Shown here: one piece after another, positions 55,151 through 64,000 of the stretch
Layout of the letters: each line of letters begins with the position of its first letter
Numbering within the stretch: the stretch's first letter is position 1
From: Deltaproteobacteria bacterium
GTDB taxonomy: Bacteria > DRYD01
Assembly (NCBI GenBank): GCA_028276365.1
Contig: JAPYWL010000004.1
Location: forward strand, 1,793 to 65,792
Direction: 5' to 3'
DNA: 64,000 bases
Translations under genes and position numbers: made by a program
Notes under the pieces: model-generated
The model's database searches: none
The model's input: the letters and a program-made list of their open reading frames with translations, nothing else
What the model was told of the DNA's origin: nothing

Positions 55151-57247
55151 TTATTCTATCTCTTTTATTTCTACTCCTTTATAATAATGCTTTAATATAA
55201 ACGAGTAATCAAAGTGATTACCTAAGTAATTAGCACCGAATTGGCACATACCTACCCCATGTCCAAAACCTCTACCTTCAAATATAAATTTATCTTTTGT
55301 TTTTATTATTTTTTCTATAAAATTGGATGGTAATAAAGGATAATACATATCTTTTGAAAATAAATATATTGAATCATCTTTATATACGGTATATTTATAA
55401 AAATTGTTTCCTTTTTTAGAAATTATAGTTAATTTATTAATTCTTTGGCTTTGATTTTTTTCAAGTATAATATCATAAATATTTCCTTCATATTTTTGTG
55501 ATAAAAAATAGGGAATGGTTTTTGATAATATTGAATTTAGTTCATTTTTATTGAGTTCTATTTTCCATTTAAAGAGTTTAGAATCTTTACAATAAGCATT
55601 ATCTATATTATCCTGATAATCTTTAACTGATTTTAAATAAGGGATAGAATTATTAAATACATCTTGACTATTTGCTGTTAATCCTCCACAGGTAGAGTGA
55701 TATAAAGCATCTATAGGAATATCTTTATATGTTATTATCAAGTTATGTGTAAAGATAGAGGCTAAGTAGCTTTTAAATGTTTCATTATATTGTCCGTTAA
55801 ATGCTTGACAGTGAGGTTTATTACAGAGATTATAATTTTTATGTCGTTTATATTTAAGACTTTTGAAAGCATAGGTTCTTGCTGCTATTGCTTGAGCTTT
55901 TAGTGCTTCTAAACTAAAACTATCTGGCATCTCGCTTATTACTACATCCTGTATATAATTATCCATATCAATTAATAAAATCAAAATATTATCTTTTAAA
56001 TATAGTTCTTTAAAATGGGTAGAAAATATTGCTTGGATACCTTTTTGTTTATTCAGTTTTATAAATAATATAATGTTATCTTTGTTATTGCTAATTATTT
56101 TATTTCCATTTTCTAATTCATTTATTACTAGATTTGTATTTATAAAATCTTCAAAGATATTTTTAAAATTTCCTAATTGATTTGATCCGCTTAAACCTAC
56201 TAAGTTAAAATATTTCATTTTATCTAAATCTATATCTTCTATTCCTATTGTTATGTATAAGTTTTTTTTAGATTTAATCAAATTTTGAGTATTATACAAA
56301 TTTTTAATATTTAATTTTTGTTTTTCAAGATACTTGTTAAGGAAATGATTTAAATTTAAGTTTTTTCGTTTTTTTAGAGATGAATTAAATATGAAATTAT
56401 TGCTAAAAGCTAATTCATAAGGTTTTATGATTAAAAATATATTAAAACTTTCAGGATTAATTTTTTTTAAATTTAGCTTTAGAATTAAATTAAGTAAATC
56501 AATATTAAAATTATATATATAAGGATTAGAATAATTTTCAATTGTAAAGGTATTTTCTGCTAAAAAGTATATATTATCGTTAATTTTAACTAAAAATGGA
56601 GTGTTATCTTCTAAATATGCTAAAATTTCATAATTATATAATAATTGTAAATTGATTGTGTATTTTCTTGAGAGTAAAATTTCTTTGGGGTAGTCTTTAA
56701 AATAATTTGTATAGTTTTTACTTATTTTAAAATAATTGTATTCAATGTTATTAAACTCAATATTGGCTATATTAAATAAATCATATATTTTATAATGATT
56801 TTTTTGGTAGAATTTGTTATAAATTAGACTTTGGTAAGTAAATAATATTTTTCCATTGCTGTCTAAGTAATCTTTAAATTTCAAAATAACATTAATTGGT
56901 AGTATTCTACAATCATTTACTATAAGTAAATCTATATCAAAACTGTCTAATAAATTTAAACTTCTATCGGTTATAATTATATATTTTATATTGTTTAAAG
57001 CTAAAAATTTTTTTAAAAAATAGAATTCTTTTAGGTATCTTCTATTTAAATGATAAAATGTGTCATATGAAAAATAGATTCCTATTATTTTTGTATCTTT
57101 GGATTTTTGGTAATTCTTTAGATTTTTGTTATAAAAATACTCAAATGTTATATTTGAAAAGTAATCATAAAAATATATAATAAAAAAGAAAAGAAATACT
57201 AAAGTAGAAAAGAGTGATAATTTAGTAAGATGAAAAAAAATTTTCAT
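55151..57247 (-). CDS. Large SpoIID/LytB domain-containing protein: N-terminal TM helix, unknown domain of about 430 aa, then a SpoIID domain
   Basis: C-terminal half has VISEMPDSFSLEALKAQAIAARTYA, YHSTCGG and GRGFGHGVGMCQFGA. It is the second SpoIID paralog in the window. Confidence 0.82.
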   Translation of the reverse strand: MKIFFHLTKLSLFSTLVFLFFFIIYFYDYFSNITFEYFYNKNLKNYQKSKDTKIIGIYFSYDTFYHLNRRYLKEFYFLKKFLALNNIKYIIITDRSLNLLDSFDIDLLIVNDCRILPINVILKFKDYLDSNGKILFTYQSLIYNKFYQKNHYKIYDLFNIANIEFNNIEYNYFKISKNYTNYFKDYPKEILLSRKYTINLQLLYNYEILAYLEDNTPFLVKINDNIYFLAENTFTIENYSNPYIYNFNIDLLNLILKLNLKKINPESFNIFLIIKPYELAFSNNFIFNSSLKKRKNLNLNHFLNKYLEKQKLNIKNLYNTQNLIKSKKNLYITIGIEDIDLDKMKYFNLVGLSGSNQLGNFKNIFEDFINTNLVINELENGNKIISNNKDNIILFIKLNKQKGIQAIFSTHFKELYLKDNILILLIDMDNYIQDVVISEMPDSFSLEALKAQAIAARTYAFKSLKYKRHKNYNLCNKPHCQAFNGQYNETFKSYLASIFTHNLIITYKDIPIDALYHSTCGGLTANSQDVFNNSIPYLKSVKDYQDNIDNAYCKDSKLFKWKIELNKNELNSILSKTIPYFLSQKYEGNIYDIILEKNQSQRINKLTIISKKGNNFYKYTVYKDDSIYLFSKDMYYPLLPSNFIEKIIKTKDKFIFEGRGFGHGVGMCQFGANYLGNHFDYSFILKHYYKGVEIKEIE

Positions 57248-57264
57248 ATTTATTATTTTATTTA

Positions 57265-58278
57265 TTATAAGTTTCTAATTAGGAACATGATGGGAGAAAA
57301 AATGGATAAAGCAATAACGCCAGCAACTAATCCTGCTAATGCTGACATTATAGGCTCTAATAGTTTATTAATTGTATCAAAAGAAGTATTAGCTTCTAGT
57401 TCTGCTAACTCTGCTAGTTTTTTTAAAGTTTTAGGTAATTCTCCACTTTCTAACCCAGAATTTATTTGCTTAATATACATGGGTTTAAATGCATCATTAT
57501 AATTAAGTATTTCTATTAATTCCCCTTTTTTAGCTTTATCATATAATTTTGAAAAAAAAGTAGCAAATGGCTCTACTGTTTCATTTCTTAAGATTAAAAA
57601 AGTGTTTAAAAAATTAAGTCCGCTTTCTAAACTAACTGCCCATAAATTTAATACCAAACTTAAATAAGAATTATATATAGCATTCCCTATTACAGGGATT
57701 TTAAATATATAGTTATAAATTTCTTTTTTATTAAAGGTTAGCAAATTTTTTAAAATAAAGTAAGCTATTAAACTTATAATAAATAATAAAAAAAGCAACC
57801 TTATATCAAATATAGATGTTAAAATACTAAGTAATTTAAAAGCGAAAGGCTCAGAGATACCTAAATCTGCATATAAACTTCTAAACGATGGAATTATCAG
57901 ATTTTTAAAAATTAATAATATACCAGAAATTACTATTAAAAATAGAGACGGGTATATTAGGGATTTTATTAAATTATTTTTGGTTTCTATCTTTTTTTGT
58001 AATATAGATTCTATTTTTTTTATTACATAAGGTAAGTTCTCTGTTTGTTCTCCTATTTTAAAAATTGATAATTCAATTCCATCTAATATTTTTGTTTTTT
58101 GGAAAGCGGTTGATAAATTTGTTCCTGATAATACCATTTTTTTTAAATTAGTAAATTCTTTTTGATATTTTTTAAATGTTTGAATACAAATTTCTAAAGA
58201 ATAACCTAACGGAATCCCACTTTCTATTAAAGTCCTAAATATCATTAAAAAATTTAATCTCTCTTGATCGTTTAACAT
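57265..58278 (-). CDS. Type II secretion system F family platform protein (PilC/ComGB-like)
   Basis: 337 aa, which is ComGB-like in size. Two T2SSF-type repeats and 3 TM segments. The C-terminal LLEPIMSALAGLVAGVIALSIFSPIM is typical of GspF/PilC. Confidence 0.82.
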   Translation of the reverse strand: MLNDQERLNFLMIFRTLIESGIPLGYSLEICIQTFKKYQKEFTNLKKMVLSGTNLSTAFQKTKILDGIELSIFKIGEQTENLPYVIKKIESILQKKIETKNNLIKSLIYPSLFLIVISGILLIFKNLIIPSFRSLYADLGISEPFAFKLLSILTSIFDIRLLFLLFIISLIAYFILKNLLTFNKKEIYNYIFKIPVIGNAIYNSYLSLVLNLWAVSLESGLNFLNTFLILRNETVEPFATFFSKLYDKAKKGELIEILNYNDAFKPMYIKQINSGLESGELPKTLKKLAELAELEANTSFDTINKLLEPIMSALAGLVAGVIALSIFSPIMFLIRNL

Positions 58279-58381
58279 TTCATTTTTATATTTATAAAGA
58301 TACTATAAAAAACCTCCCTAAAAATCAATACCTAAAACTTTAGAATTAAACTTATTAATGATTTATTAATGATAGAAATTA

Positions 58382-59947
58382 CTAATAATTAAAATCAATA
58401 GCTATAATTCTATCTGTATGTATGTTAAGAAGATCAATAGGATCAATAAAGGATAATCTTTTATCATTAATATAATATTCGTTTAAAGTATTTGGTCCAG
58501 GTATTGATGAATGTATGCTTCCATATACATAAACATTTTTTAGATTTCTGTTACCAATTAGTGATAAAGTAGAATTATCGTTATACATTGCTACGTATTT
58601 ACCGCATAAGATTAATGAAGTATTTGATGAATTAAAATTACTACCATCTAATATAATATTTTCTGTTACTAAAGTAAATAGGTTATTGTTATTAGTTACT
58701 GGTATATTATCTTTGTTAATTTTTGTAGGATCTATATTATTACCTATATTTACTTTATTAGCTGTTTCTTCATAAAGTATATGACCTTTTATAGTAGTAA
58801 AATAGTTTTGAGGGGTTATTAAATAAATTTTTTCTTTTATTATTCCATTATCTGAAGATAAATTACTATCTGATCCTATTATGGGGTTAGCAAAAACTAA
58901 TATGTATATTAAAGAATTCCTTGTTTTATATATAATATAATTATTTCCCCTTTTTAAAACTTTATACACATATCCATTATCTGGATTAAGGGTAAAATTA
59001 ATATTTCTATCACTTCGTGGATCTCTAATCTTCTTTTCTAAGTTATTAGCAAGAACTCTATCATTTGTTATTAAAGAGCTATTATTTTTATCAAAATCAA
59101 AGGTTTGAGGTTCTCTTACTAAAATAAAACTAGAATCATAATTATTATTATAAAATATATCTATTTTTTGATTATTATTTTCAATATTAAAATTTATATT
59201 GGGATTATTATCATTTTGTTTTTTAACTATTAATACTCCTTTATTATTTAGTTCTACATTTTGAGAGGGGGGGGAATATAATTCTTGAATTACTTTTATT
59301 AAGAAGTTATCATAGTAATTTATAGGATCTAAATCTACTCTATATAGTTTTTCTGTATATTGTTTTGTTAATTCTTCATCTGTAATAGATCTGGAGCTTG
59401 TAATTGAGTTAGAATATTCATCTATTTGTACTTCATAAAGTTGAGTATTATATTTTAGGAAGAGTTCTTTAAATATTTTGTTACTATAAACTTCTATGTT
59501 GATTTCATCTGCTAAGGATGTAGCATTATTGTAATAAGAGGTAGCATTAAAATAGTAATTATTATTAGATTTAGTATATAGTTTATTAATGTTTCCTAAA
59601 TTAATTTTATACTGAACAATTGCTTTAGCTAAGAGATTATTGTTTTCTAATATTTTAACGTAAATATGAGATCCATCTATATTTTTTATTTGGTATTGAT
59701 AATTTTTTCCTTTATAGGGGATATTACCTGTGTAGTTTCTATAATCTTGTCTATAGATATTTGTAGCTATAAGTATTAAGCTTTTGATATCTGAGCTTCT
59801 TTTAGCTTTTTTTATTAACTCTTTAGTTGTTCTTATATCTGAGGAAACATAATTGAATAAAATGATACTAAAGAATGAGATAAATAAAGTAAATAAAGTT
59901 AGCCATAAGTATAAGGAGAATCCATTTTGAGCTTTATAAAATCTCAT
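58382..59947 (-). CDS. Hypothetical large secreted or anchored protein with a pseudopilin-like N-terminus lacking Glu5
   Basis: The N-terminus MRFYKAQNG|FSLYLWLTLFTLFISFF resembles a prepilin leader plus hydrophobic helix of the GspK/PilX/ComGG type without E5. It lies directly upstream of the PilC-like gene. Confidence 0.45.
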   Translation of the reverse strand: MRFYKAQNGFSLYLWLTLFTLFISFFSIILFNYVSSDIRTTKELIKKAKRSSDIKSLILIATNIYRQDYRNYTGNIPYKGKNYQYQIKNIDGSHIYVKILENNNLLAKAIVQYKINLGNINKLYTKSNNNYYFNATSYYNNATSLADEINIEVYSNKIFKELFLKYNTQLYEVQIDEYSNSITSSRSITDEELTKQYTEKLYRVDLDPINYYDNFLIKVIQELYSPPSQNVELNNKGVLIVKKQNDNNPNINFNIENNNQKIDIFYNNNYDSSFILVREPQTFDFDKNNSSLITNDRVLANNLEKKIRDPRSDRNINFTLNPDNGYVYKVLKRGNNYIIYKTRNSLIYILVFANPIIGSDSNLSSDNGIIKEKIYLITPQNYFTTIKGHILYEETANKVNIGNNIDPTKINKDNIPVTNNNNLFTLVTENIILDGSNFNSSNTSLILCGKYVAMYNDNSTLSLIGNRNLKNVYVYGSIHSSIPGPNTLNEYYINDKRLSFIDPIDLLNIHTDRIIAIDFNY

Positions 59948-60170
59948 AATACCCCTTTTTCTCTTATTTATAAATTTTTAATACATTTTTTTATAATTTT
60001 TGATAAGTTTGTTAGGTTGTTTTATTCCATTGATAAGTATAAAGATTTTCGTTAAAAAAATATTAAAAAATTTTTTCTTAATTGTTAAATTTTAATAAAA
60101 TTGCTAACTTTATGAAGATTTGTTTATTTATAGATAAGAAAAATTAATTAAAGAAGAATTTTTATAGATA

Positions 60171-61616
60171 TTACTTTCCGATACAAAATCTATTAAGCAT
60201 ATTATTTATAACAAGCTCAGTTATATCTGTTCCCAAAAGATTTAGTATTTTTTCTAATGCTAATCTTAAATTTACTAAAATTAGTTCTACGGGATTATTA
60301 TTTTGATATTCAAAAATAGCTTTATCTAAATAATTTAATACTTCTTGTAGTAGTTCTTTTTGGAATATATCAGTTATATAGAAATTATCTTCTAAATTTT
60401 CATTAGTTTCAAAGAATTCAGTAATAGCTTTGTTTATTTGATCTAAATTAATGTTTTCTTTTATTGAGGCAAAAATTATTTTATAATTTTTTATATTCAA
60501 GTTGTATAGAATTTCTTTTATTAGGGATGTATTATTTTCTATTGCTTTATTTAAATCTTTTGATTCAATTTTATCGATTTTATTAATTATTATTATCAAG
60601 TATTGATTTTCATTTAAATTAGATAGTAATTCTTTATCATTGAGGTCAATGGAATTTATTTCAGTTAGGAAGAATACGAGTTTAGCGTTTTTGATTATTT
60701 GTAATGCTTTTTGGATACCGATTTCTTCTATTTTGTCTTGGGTTTTTCTAAAGCCTGCGGTATCATATATTTTTAGTAGAAATCCATTAAAATTGATGTA
60801 TTCACTTATGATATCTCTGGTTGTACCTGGGATGTCGCTTGTTATTACACGTTCTTGACCGTATAGGTAATTGAAAAAGGTGGATTTTCCTACATTGGGT
60901 TTTCCTATTATTACTGTATCTATGCCCTCTTTATATATCTTAAGTTTTTCATAATTTTGTAGCATTCTAATTATACTTTGTTTTATGCTTATTAAATCAT
61001 TTATGAATAAGTTATAATCAATGGGTGGGATATCTTCTTCAGGAAAATCAACTAAAGCTTCTATCCATGGGATCCAATAGATTAATTTTTCTTTAATTTC
61101 ATTTATTTTATTAGATAATTTTCCGTTAAGGTTTTTAAAAGCTATTTCTAATTGTTTTTCGGTATTAGCTTCTATTATATCTTTAATAGCGAATGCTTGA
61201 GTTAGATCCATTTTTTGGTTTAGGACTGCTCTTAGGGTGAATTCTCCGCCTTTAGCTAATCTTGCTCCTTTTGATTTTATTAATTCTACTATTTTATTAA
61301 GTATAATGATGTTTCCGTGTGCGCTTATTTCTACCATATCTTCTCCTGTATAACTATATGGTTTCCTAAATATACTTACTAAAACTTCATCTATTATTTC
61401 ATTATTATCGTTTATAATGTATCCATAATAAATTCTATATCCTTTATTAAAGTTTATTTTTTTTTTGTTTTTAGGTTTAAAAATTTGGGAGATTATGTCA
61501 AATGATTTATTTCCACTTATTCTTATTATTCCGATTGGTGCGTTTTTTAAGGCTGTTGATATTGCTACTATTGTATCTTCTTTTAAAAGTAAGTCTTGAA
61601 TTATCATATGCTTCAC
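60171..61616 (-). CDS. mnmE: tRNA uridine-5-carboxymethylaminomethyl modification GTPase
   Basis: G1 motif GKPNVGKSTFFN, G3 motif DTAG, G4 motif NKID, and the C-terminal CIGK motif. Confidence 0.93.
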   Translation of the reverse strand: MKHMIIQDLLLKEDTIVAISTALKNAPIGIIRISGNKSFDIISQIFKPKNKKKINFNKGYRIYYGYIINDNNEIIDEVLVSIFRKPYSYTGEDMVEISAHGNIIILNKIVELIKSKGARLAKGGEFTLRAVLNQKMDLTQAFAIKDIIEANTEKQLEIAFKNLNGKLSNKINEIKEKLIYWIPWIEALVDFPEEDIPPIDYNLFINDLISIKQSIIRMLQNYEKLKIYKEGIDTVIIGKPNVGKSTFFNYLYGQERVITSDIPGTTRDIISEYINFNGFLLKIYDTAGFRKTQDKIEEIGIQKALQIIKNAKLVFFLTEINSIDLNDKELLSNLNENQYLIIIINKIDKIESKDLNKAIENNTSLIKEILYNLNIKNYKIIFASIKENINLDQINKAITEFFETNENLEDNFYITDIFQKELLQEVLNYLDKAIFEYQNNNPVELILVNLRLALEKILNLLGTDITELVINNMLNRFCIGK

Positions 61617-61765
61617 TTTTTAGTAATTTTTTATTTGCCTTTATTAATATTTTCTTCATATTTTTTTTTTTTCTTTTTAATTTTTTGTATTTTAATATAA
61701 GGAGGTTTTTAATGTTTTTTTGTCTAAATTTATAAATATTTAAATATGACTGAATATAATTTAAT

Positions 61766-62308
61766 ATGACTGAATTTATAAGAGCTTTTATAGCTTTAGA
61801 TTTACCTTTTGAAGTTAAAAACTATATAACTATATCCTTATTTGAGCTAAAGAAATACTTTAAGTATGAAGCTATAAAATGGGTTAATACTGAGAATTTA
61901 CATATTACTTTTGCTTTCTTTAAAAAAATAGATAAATTAATTTTAATAAATAAATTTGAGAACCTTAAGATTGATGTAACTGATATCCCTATAATTTCAA
62001 TAGATAATAAAGTTTATAATTTTAATTATAGGGTTTTGTATTTAAAACCTGATAATTATCAATTTTTCTTTTATATCTATAATCAAATTTTACAGGAATT
62101 TAGAGATTATATGGATATAAAGGAGGAATTTATTCCTCATTTAACTATTGGAAGAATAAGAAATAAATTAAAACCTAAAGAAATTGATATAATTACTAAC
62201 TTTAAGTTACCTGATATTGAGTTTAGACCTAAAGAAATAACTTTATTCCAAAGTGTATTATTACCTTCTGGACCTGTTTATTATAAATTAAAAAGTATTC
62301 ATTTTTGA
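61766..62308 (+). CDS. thpR: RNA 2',3'-cyclic phosphodiesterase (2H phosphoesterase, ThpR/LigT family)
   Basis: Two H-x-T-x motifs are present: HITFAF and HLTIGR. Size is 180 aa. Confidence 0.85.
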   Translation: MTEFIRAFIALDLPFEVKNYITISLFELKKYFKYEAIKWVNTENLHITFAFFKKIDKLILINKFENLKIDVTDIPIISIDNKVYNFNYRVLYLKPDNYQFFFYIYNQILQEFRDYMDIKEEFIPHLTIGRIRNKLKPKEIDIITNFKLPDIEFRPKEITLFQSVLLPSGPVYYKLKSIHF

Positions 62309-62470
62309 TAATTATTTATTCTTTGATTATTCCAATAGATTAATACCTGTTTTAAAAAGTATTAATTTTAACAAATATTTAAGATAAATTTAATAAATAT
62401 TTAAAAAGTTTTTTAAAATTAAATAGGTGAATGAAAAGGACTTAAGGGAGAAAAGGAGGGAGGTAAAAGT

Positions 62471-63100
62471 ATGGGAATATTGGGAAAAAAGAGAGTAAAA
62501 GAGTTACATATGATAATGGGGATAAAAAGGAAGAAGGGATTTAGTTTAGTAGAGGTAATAATAGCGACTTCGATAATAACGTTTATAATATTTGCGGTAA
62601 TGGAAGTATATTATGTAAATAAGAAGGCAGAAGAACAAAATCAGATTAGTTATATCATAGATGAAAGTATAAGTGAAATAGTACCAGTAGAGTTGTTAAG
62701 AATACCTGCTAATGTTAGTAATGAGAATAATCCCGCGCAAGTAGCTCAAGAATTAGTTACTCATTTAAATGGAATGGAAGATAGTATAAAGGGGGAAATA
62801 AATAACGATTTAAAGAACTTTGATAAACAATCGGAGATAAAAGATATAAATTTTTCATATATAACTGAAAGGAAAAATGAGAATAGTATAGTAAAAGATA
62901 GTCAAAATAAAGCGGTAAAAACATATATAAAAGTAGAGTATAGTTATAAGACAAAGTATTCAACAAGAAAAAAAATAATAAAACTGCCTGTATATAGTTA
63001 TTATTATAGACCGCTTTTTAATGGTTTACAGCCACCGTTTTTTAACACTAGACCAGTTGAACCAAGAGATAGTGTATCATTAGCAGTAGATGGGGATTAA
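62471..63100 (+). CDS. Prepilin-type N-terminal cleavage/methylation domain protein (pilin or pseudopilin)
   Basis: KRKKG|FSLVEVIIATSIITFIIFAV is a class III signal with Glu5. A strong SD (AAGGAGGGAGG) lies before the ATG at 62471. Confidence 0.8.
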   Translation: MGILGKKRVKELHMIMGIKRKKGFSLVEVIIATSIITFIIFAVMEVYYVNKKAEEQNQISYIIDESISEIVPVELLRIPANVSNENNPAQVAQELVTHLNGMEDSIKGEINNDLKNFDKQSEIKDINFSYITERKNENSIVKDSQNKAVKTYIKVEYSYKTKYSTRKKIIKLPVYSYYYRPLFNGLQPPFFNTRPVEPRDSVSLAVDGD

Positions 63101-63142
63101 AGGAAGTAGGTATAAAAAAAGACATAAGAAGAAGTAGAGGAA

Positions 63143-63688
63143 ATGGGTTTTAAGGTAATAAAGATGGATAAGGTAGCTAATAGGATTACAAGAAGAGGGA
63201 TGACGTTAGCAGAGTTGATAGTGAGTGTTGGGATATTTTCAATGTTATTAAGTGTGTTAGTAGTGATAATAATAAAAGCAAATAGGATGTATAGGGAAAG
63301 TGAGTATTTAAGGGAGTTATATGGTAAAGTAAATATAATAGGGCAAGCGATAAGTAAGACATCGGATAATGCGGAGAGCGTAGATATAGCGATAGATAAT
63401 GATAAAGTGGTGTTAAAATTTAAGGAAGAGGAAGGAAAAGAGATAAGATATTATTTGTATAAGAATGAGGTTATAAATGGAGAAGGAGGGAAGAAGTATT
63501 ATATAGTGTATGGAGATGGGAGGAAGAGGGAATTTGAGATGCCAAAGGAGATAGAACAAAGGGTGAGTTATATAGATGTGAATGATTATAGATTATACAA
63601 TGTAGAGTTGTATGTGTATAATTTGAGGTATTCAAAGACAAGGGAAAAGAAGTTGGCATATAAAGTGAGTATGATACAAAAGAAATAG
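63143..63688 (+). CDS. Prepilin-type N-terminal cleavage/methylation domain protein (pilin or pseudopilin)
   Basis: TRRG|MTLAELIVSVGIFSMLLSVLVV is a class III signal with Glu5. Confidence 0.8.
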   Translation: MGFKVIKMDKVANRITRRGMTLAELIVSVGIFSMLLSVLVVIIIKANRMYRESEYLRELYGKVNIIGQAISKTSDNAESVDIAIDNDKVVLKFKEEEGKEIRYYLYKNEVINGEGGKKYYIVYGDGRKREFEMPKEIEQRVSYIDVNDYRLYNVELYVYNLRYSKTREKKLAYKVSMIQKK

Positions 63689-63735
63689 TTAAAACTAACT
63701 GGGACTAATTGGGAGATAGAAGAGGGGGTGAGAGA

Positions 63736-64000
63736 GTGAGAGGAAAGAGATGGGAAAGAGCGGGGATAATGATAAGTTTAGCGTTATTTTTGTTAGTATT
63801 TTTTAGTTGGATAATATTATTGATGATGTATTCATATAATAGGTGGTATAAGGGTCAGGAGATGAAGATGTTAAGGACAAAGTATATATCGCCGACGTTT
63901 AGGAATATGAGATATAATGTGTGGATGATAAACGATGCCATAGAGAATAAAGGAGAGCTGATATGGGGAAATGAAAAATTCAGCCCATTCTTCCCTATTG
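63736..64000 (+). CDS. Partial ORF (3'-truncated by the window end), minor-pseudopilin-like membrane-anchored protein
   Basis: Not in the ORF track. GTG at 63736 lies 5 nt after the SD GGGGGTG. Translation: (M)RGKRWERAGIMISLALFLLVFFSWIILLMMYSYNRWYKGQEMKMLRTKY... The frame stays open to nt 64000. It has a GspK/ComGG-like N-terminus without Glu5. Confidence 0.45.
   Translation, partial: MRGKRWERAGIMISLALFLLVFFSWIILLMMYSYNRWYKGQEMKMLRTKYISPTFRNMRYNVWMINDAIENKGELIWGNEKFSPFFPI

Noticed and set aside
61617-61765. Possible replication origin. The coding strand switches here (minus block to + block), and mnmE is a classic origin-proximal gene.
   Set aside because: I could find no DnaA-box-like 9-mers (TTATCCACA or its complement), and no dnaA, dnaN or parAB nearby. 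The 50 kb of + strand essential genes to the left would be head-on to replication if the origin were here.

Overview
This is a very AT-rich bacterial chromosome segment, roughly three quarters A+T by eye. It is densely coding. Genes run almost entirely on the + strand up to about 50.4 kb, then on the minus strand from 50.6 to 61.6 kb, then on the + strand again to the window end. I saw no rRNA, tRNA, CRISPR array, transposase or prophage.

Most content is housekeeping:
- Envelope and division: PBP2, PBP1A, LpxC, an SLT lytic transglycosylase, two SpoIID-domain paralogs, DivIVA, an S41 Ctp protease.
- Isoprenoid and cofactor synthesis: Dxs, IspH, CoaD.
- Energy: a K+-independent-type H+-pyrophosphatase, complex I subunits H, I, M and N, SucD, an acyl-CoA carboxyltransferase.
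- Information processing: DnaX, YbaB, XerC/D-like recombinase, RlmN, MnmE, ribosomal protein L34 (missed by the ORF track), a SigH-like sigma factor, a NusB-like protein, ThpR.
- Signalling: a CheY-like receiver, a TPR-GGDEF cyclase, a Hanks-type Ser/Thr kinase.
- A split type IV pilus / Com-like pseudopilus gene set.

Best candidate for something undescribed: the locus after nuoH. The conserved N-terminal segment of NuoI is fused to a complete GltD/NfnB-type NAD(P)H flavoprotein, and the NuoI 2x[4Fe-4S] core is a separate downstream gene. No nuoEFG lies in the window. This suggests a non-canonical electron-input module for a complex I-like enzyme.

Other notable observations:
- An A10 tract at the 3' end of dnaX, with a 40-codon -1 frame extension.
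- A HemA-HemC fusion followed by a HAL-family lyase with GSG in place of the ASG MIO triad.
- A membrane-anchored protein with a GrpE-like C-terminus.
- An HPRT-like protein lacking the catalytic acidic residues.
- A duplication scar between pepP and nrnA: three degenerate copies of the pepP 5' end plus a 126-nt fragment of the distal spoIID paralog.
- A purine-loaded pilin gene block with a sharp codon-usage shift (62.4-64 kb).

All functional calls rest on motif recognition by eye. No database search was run.
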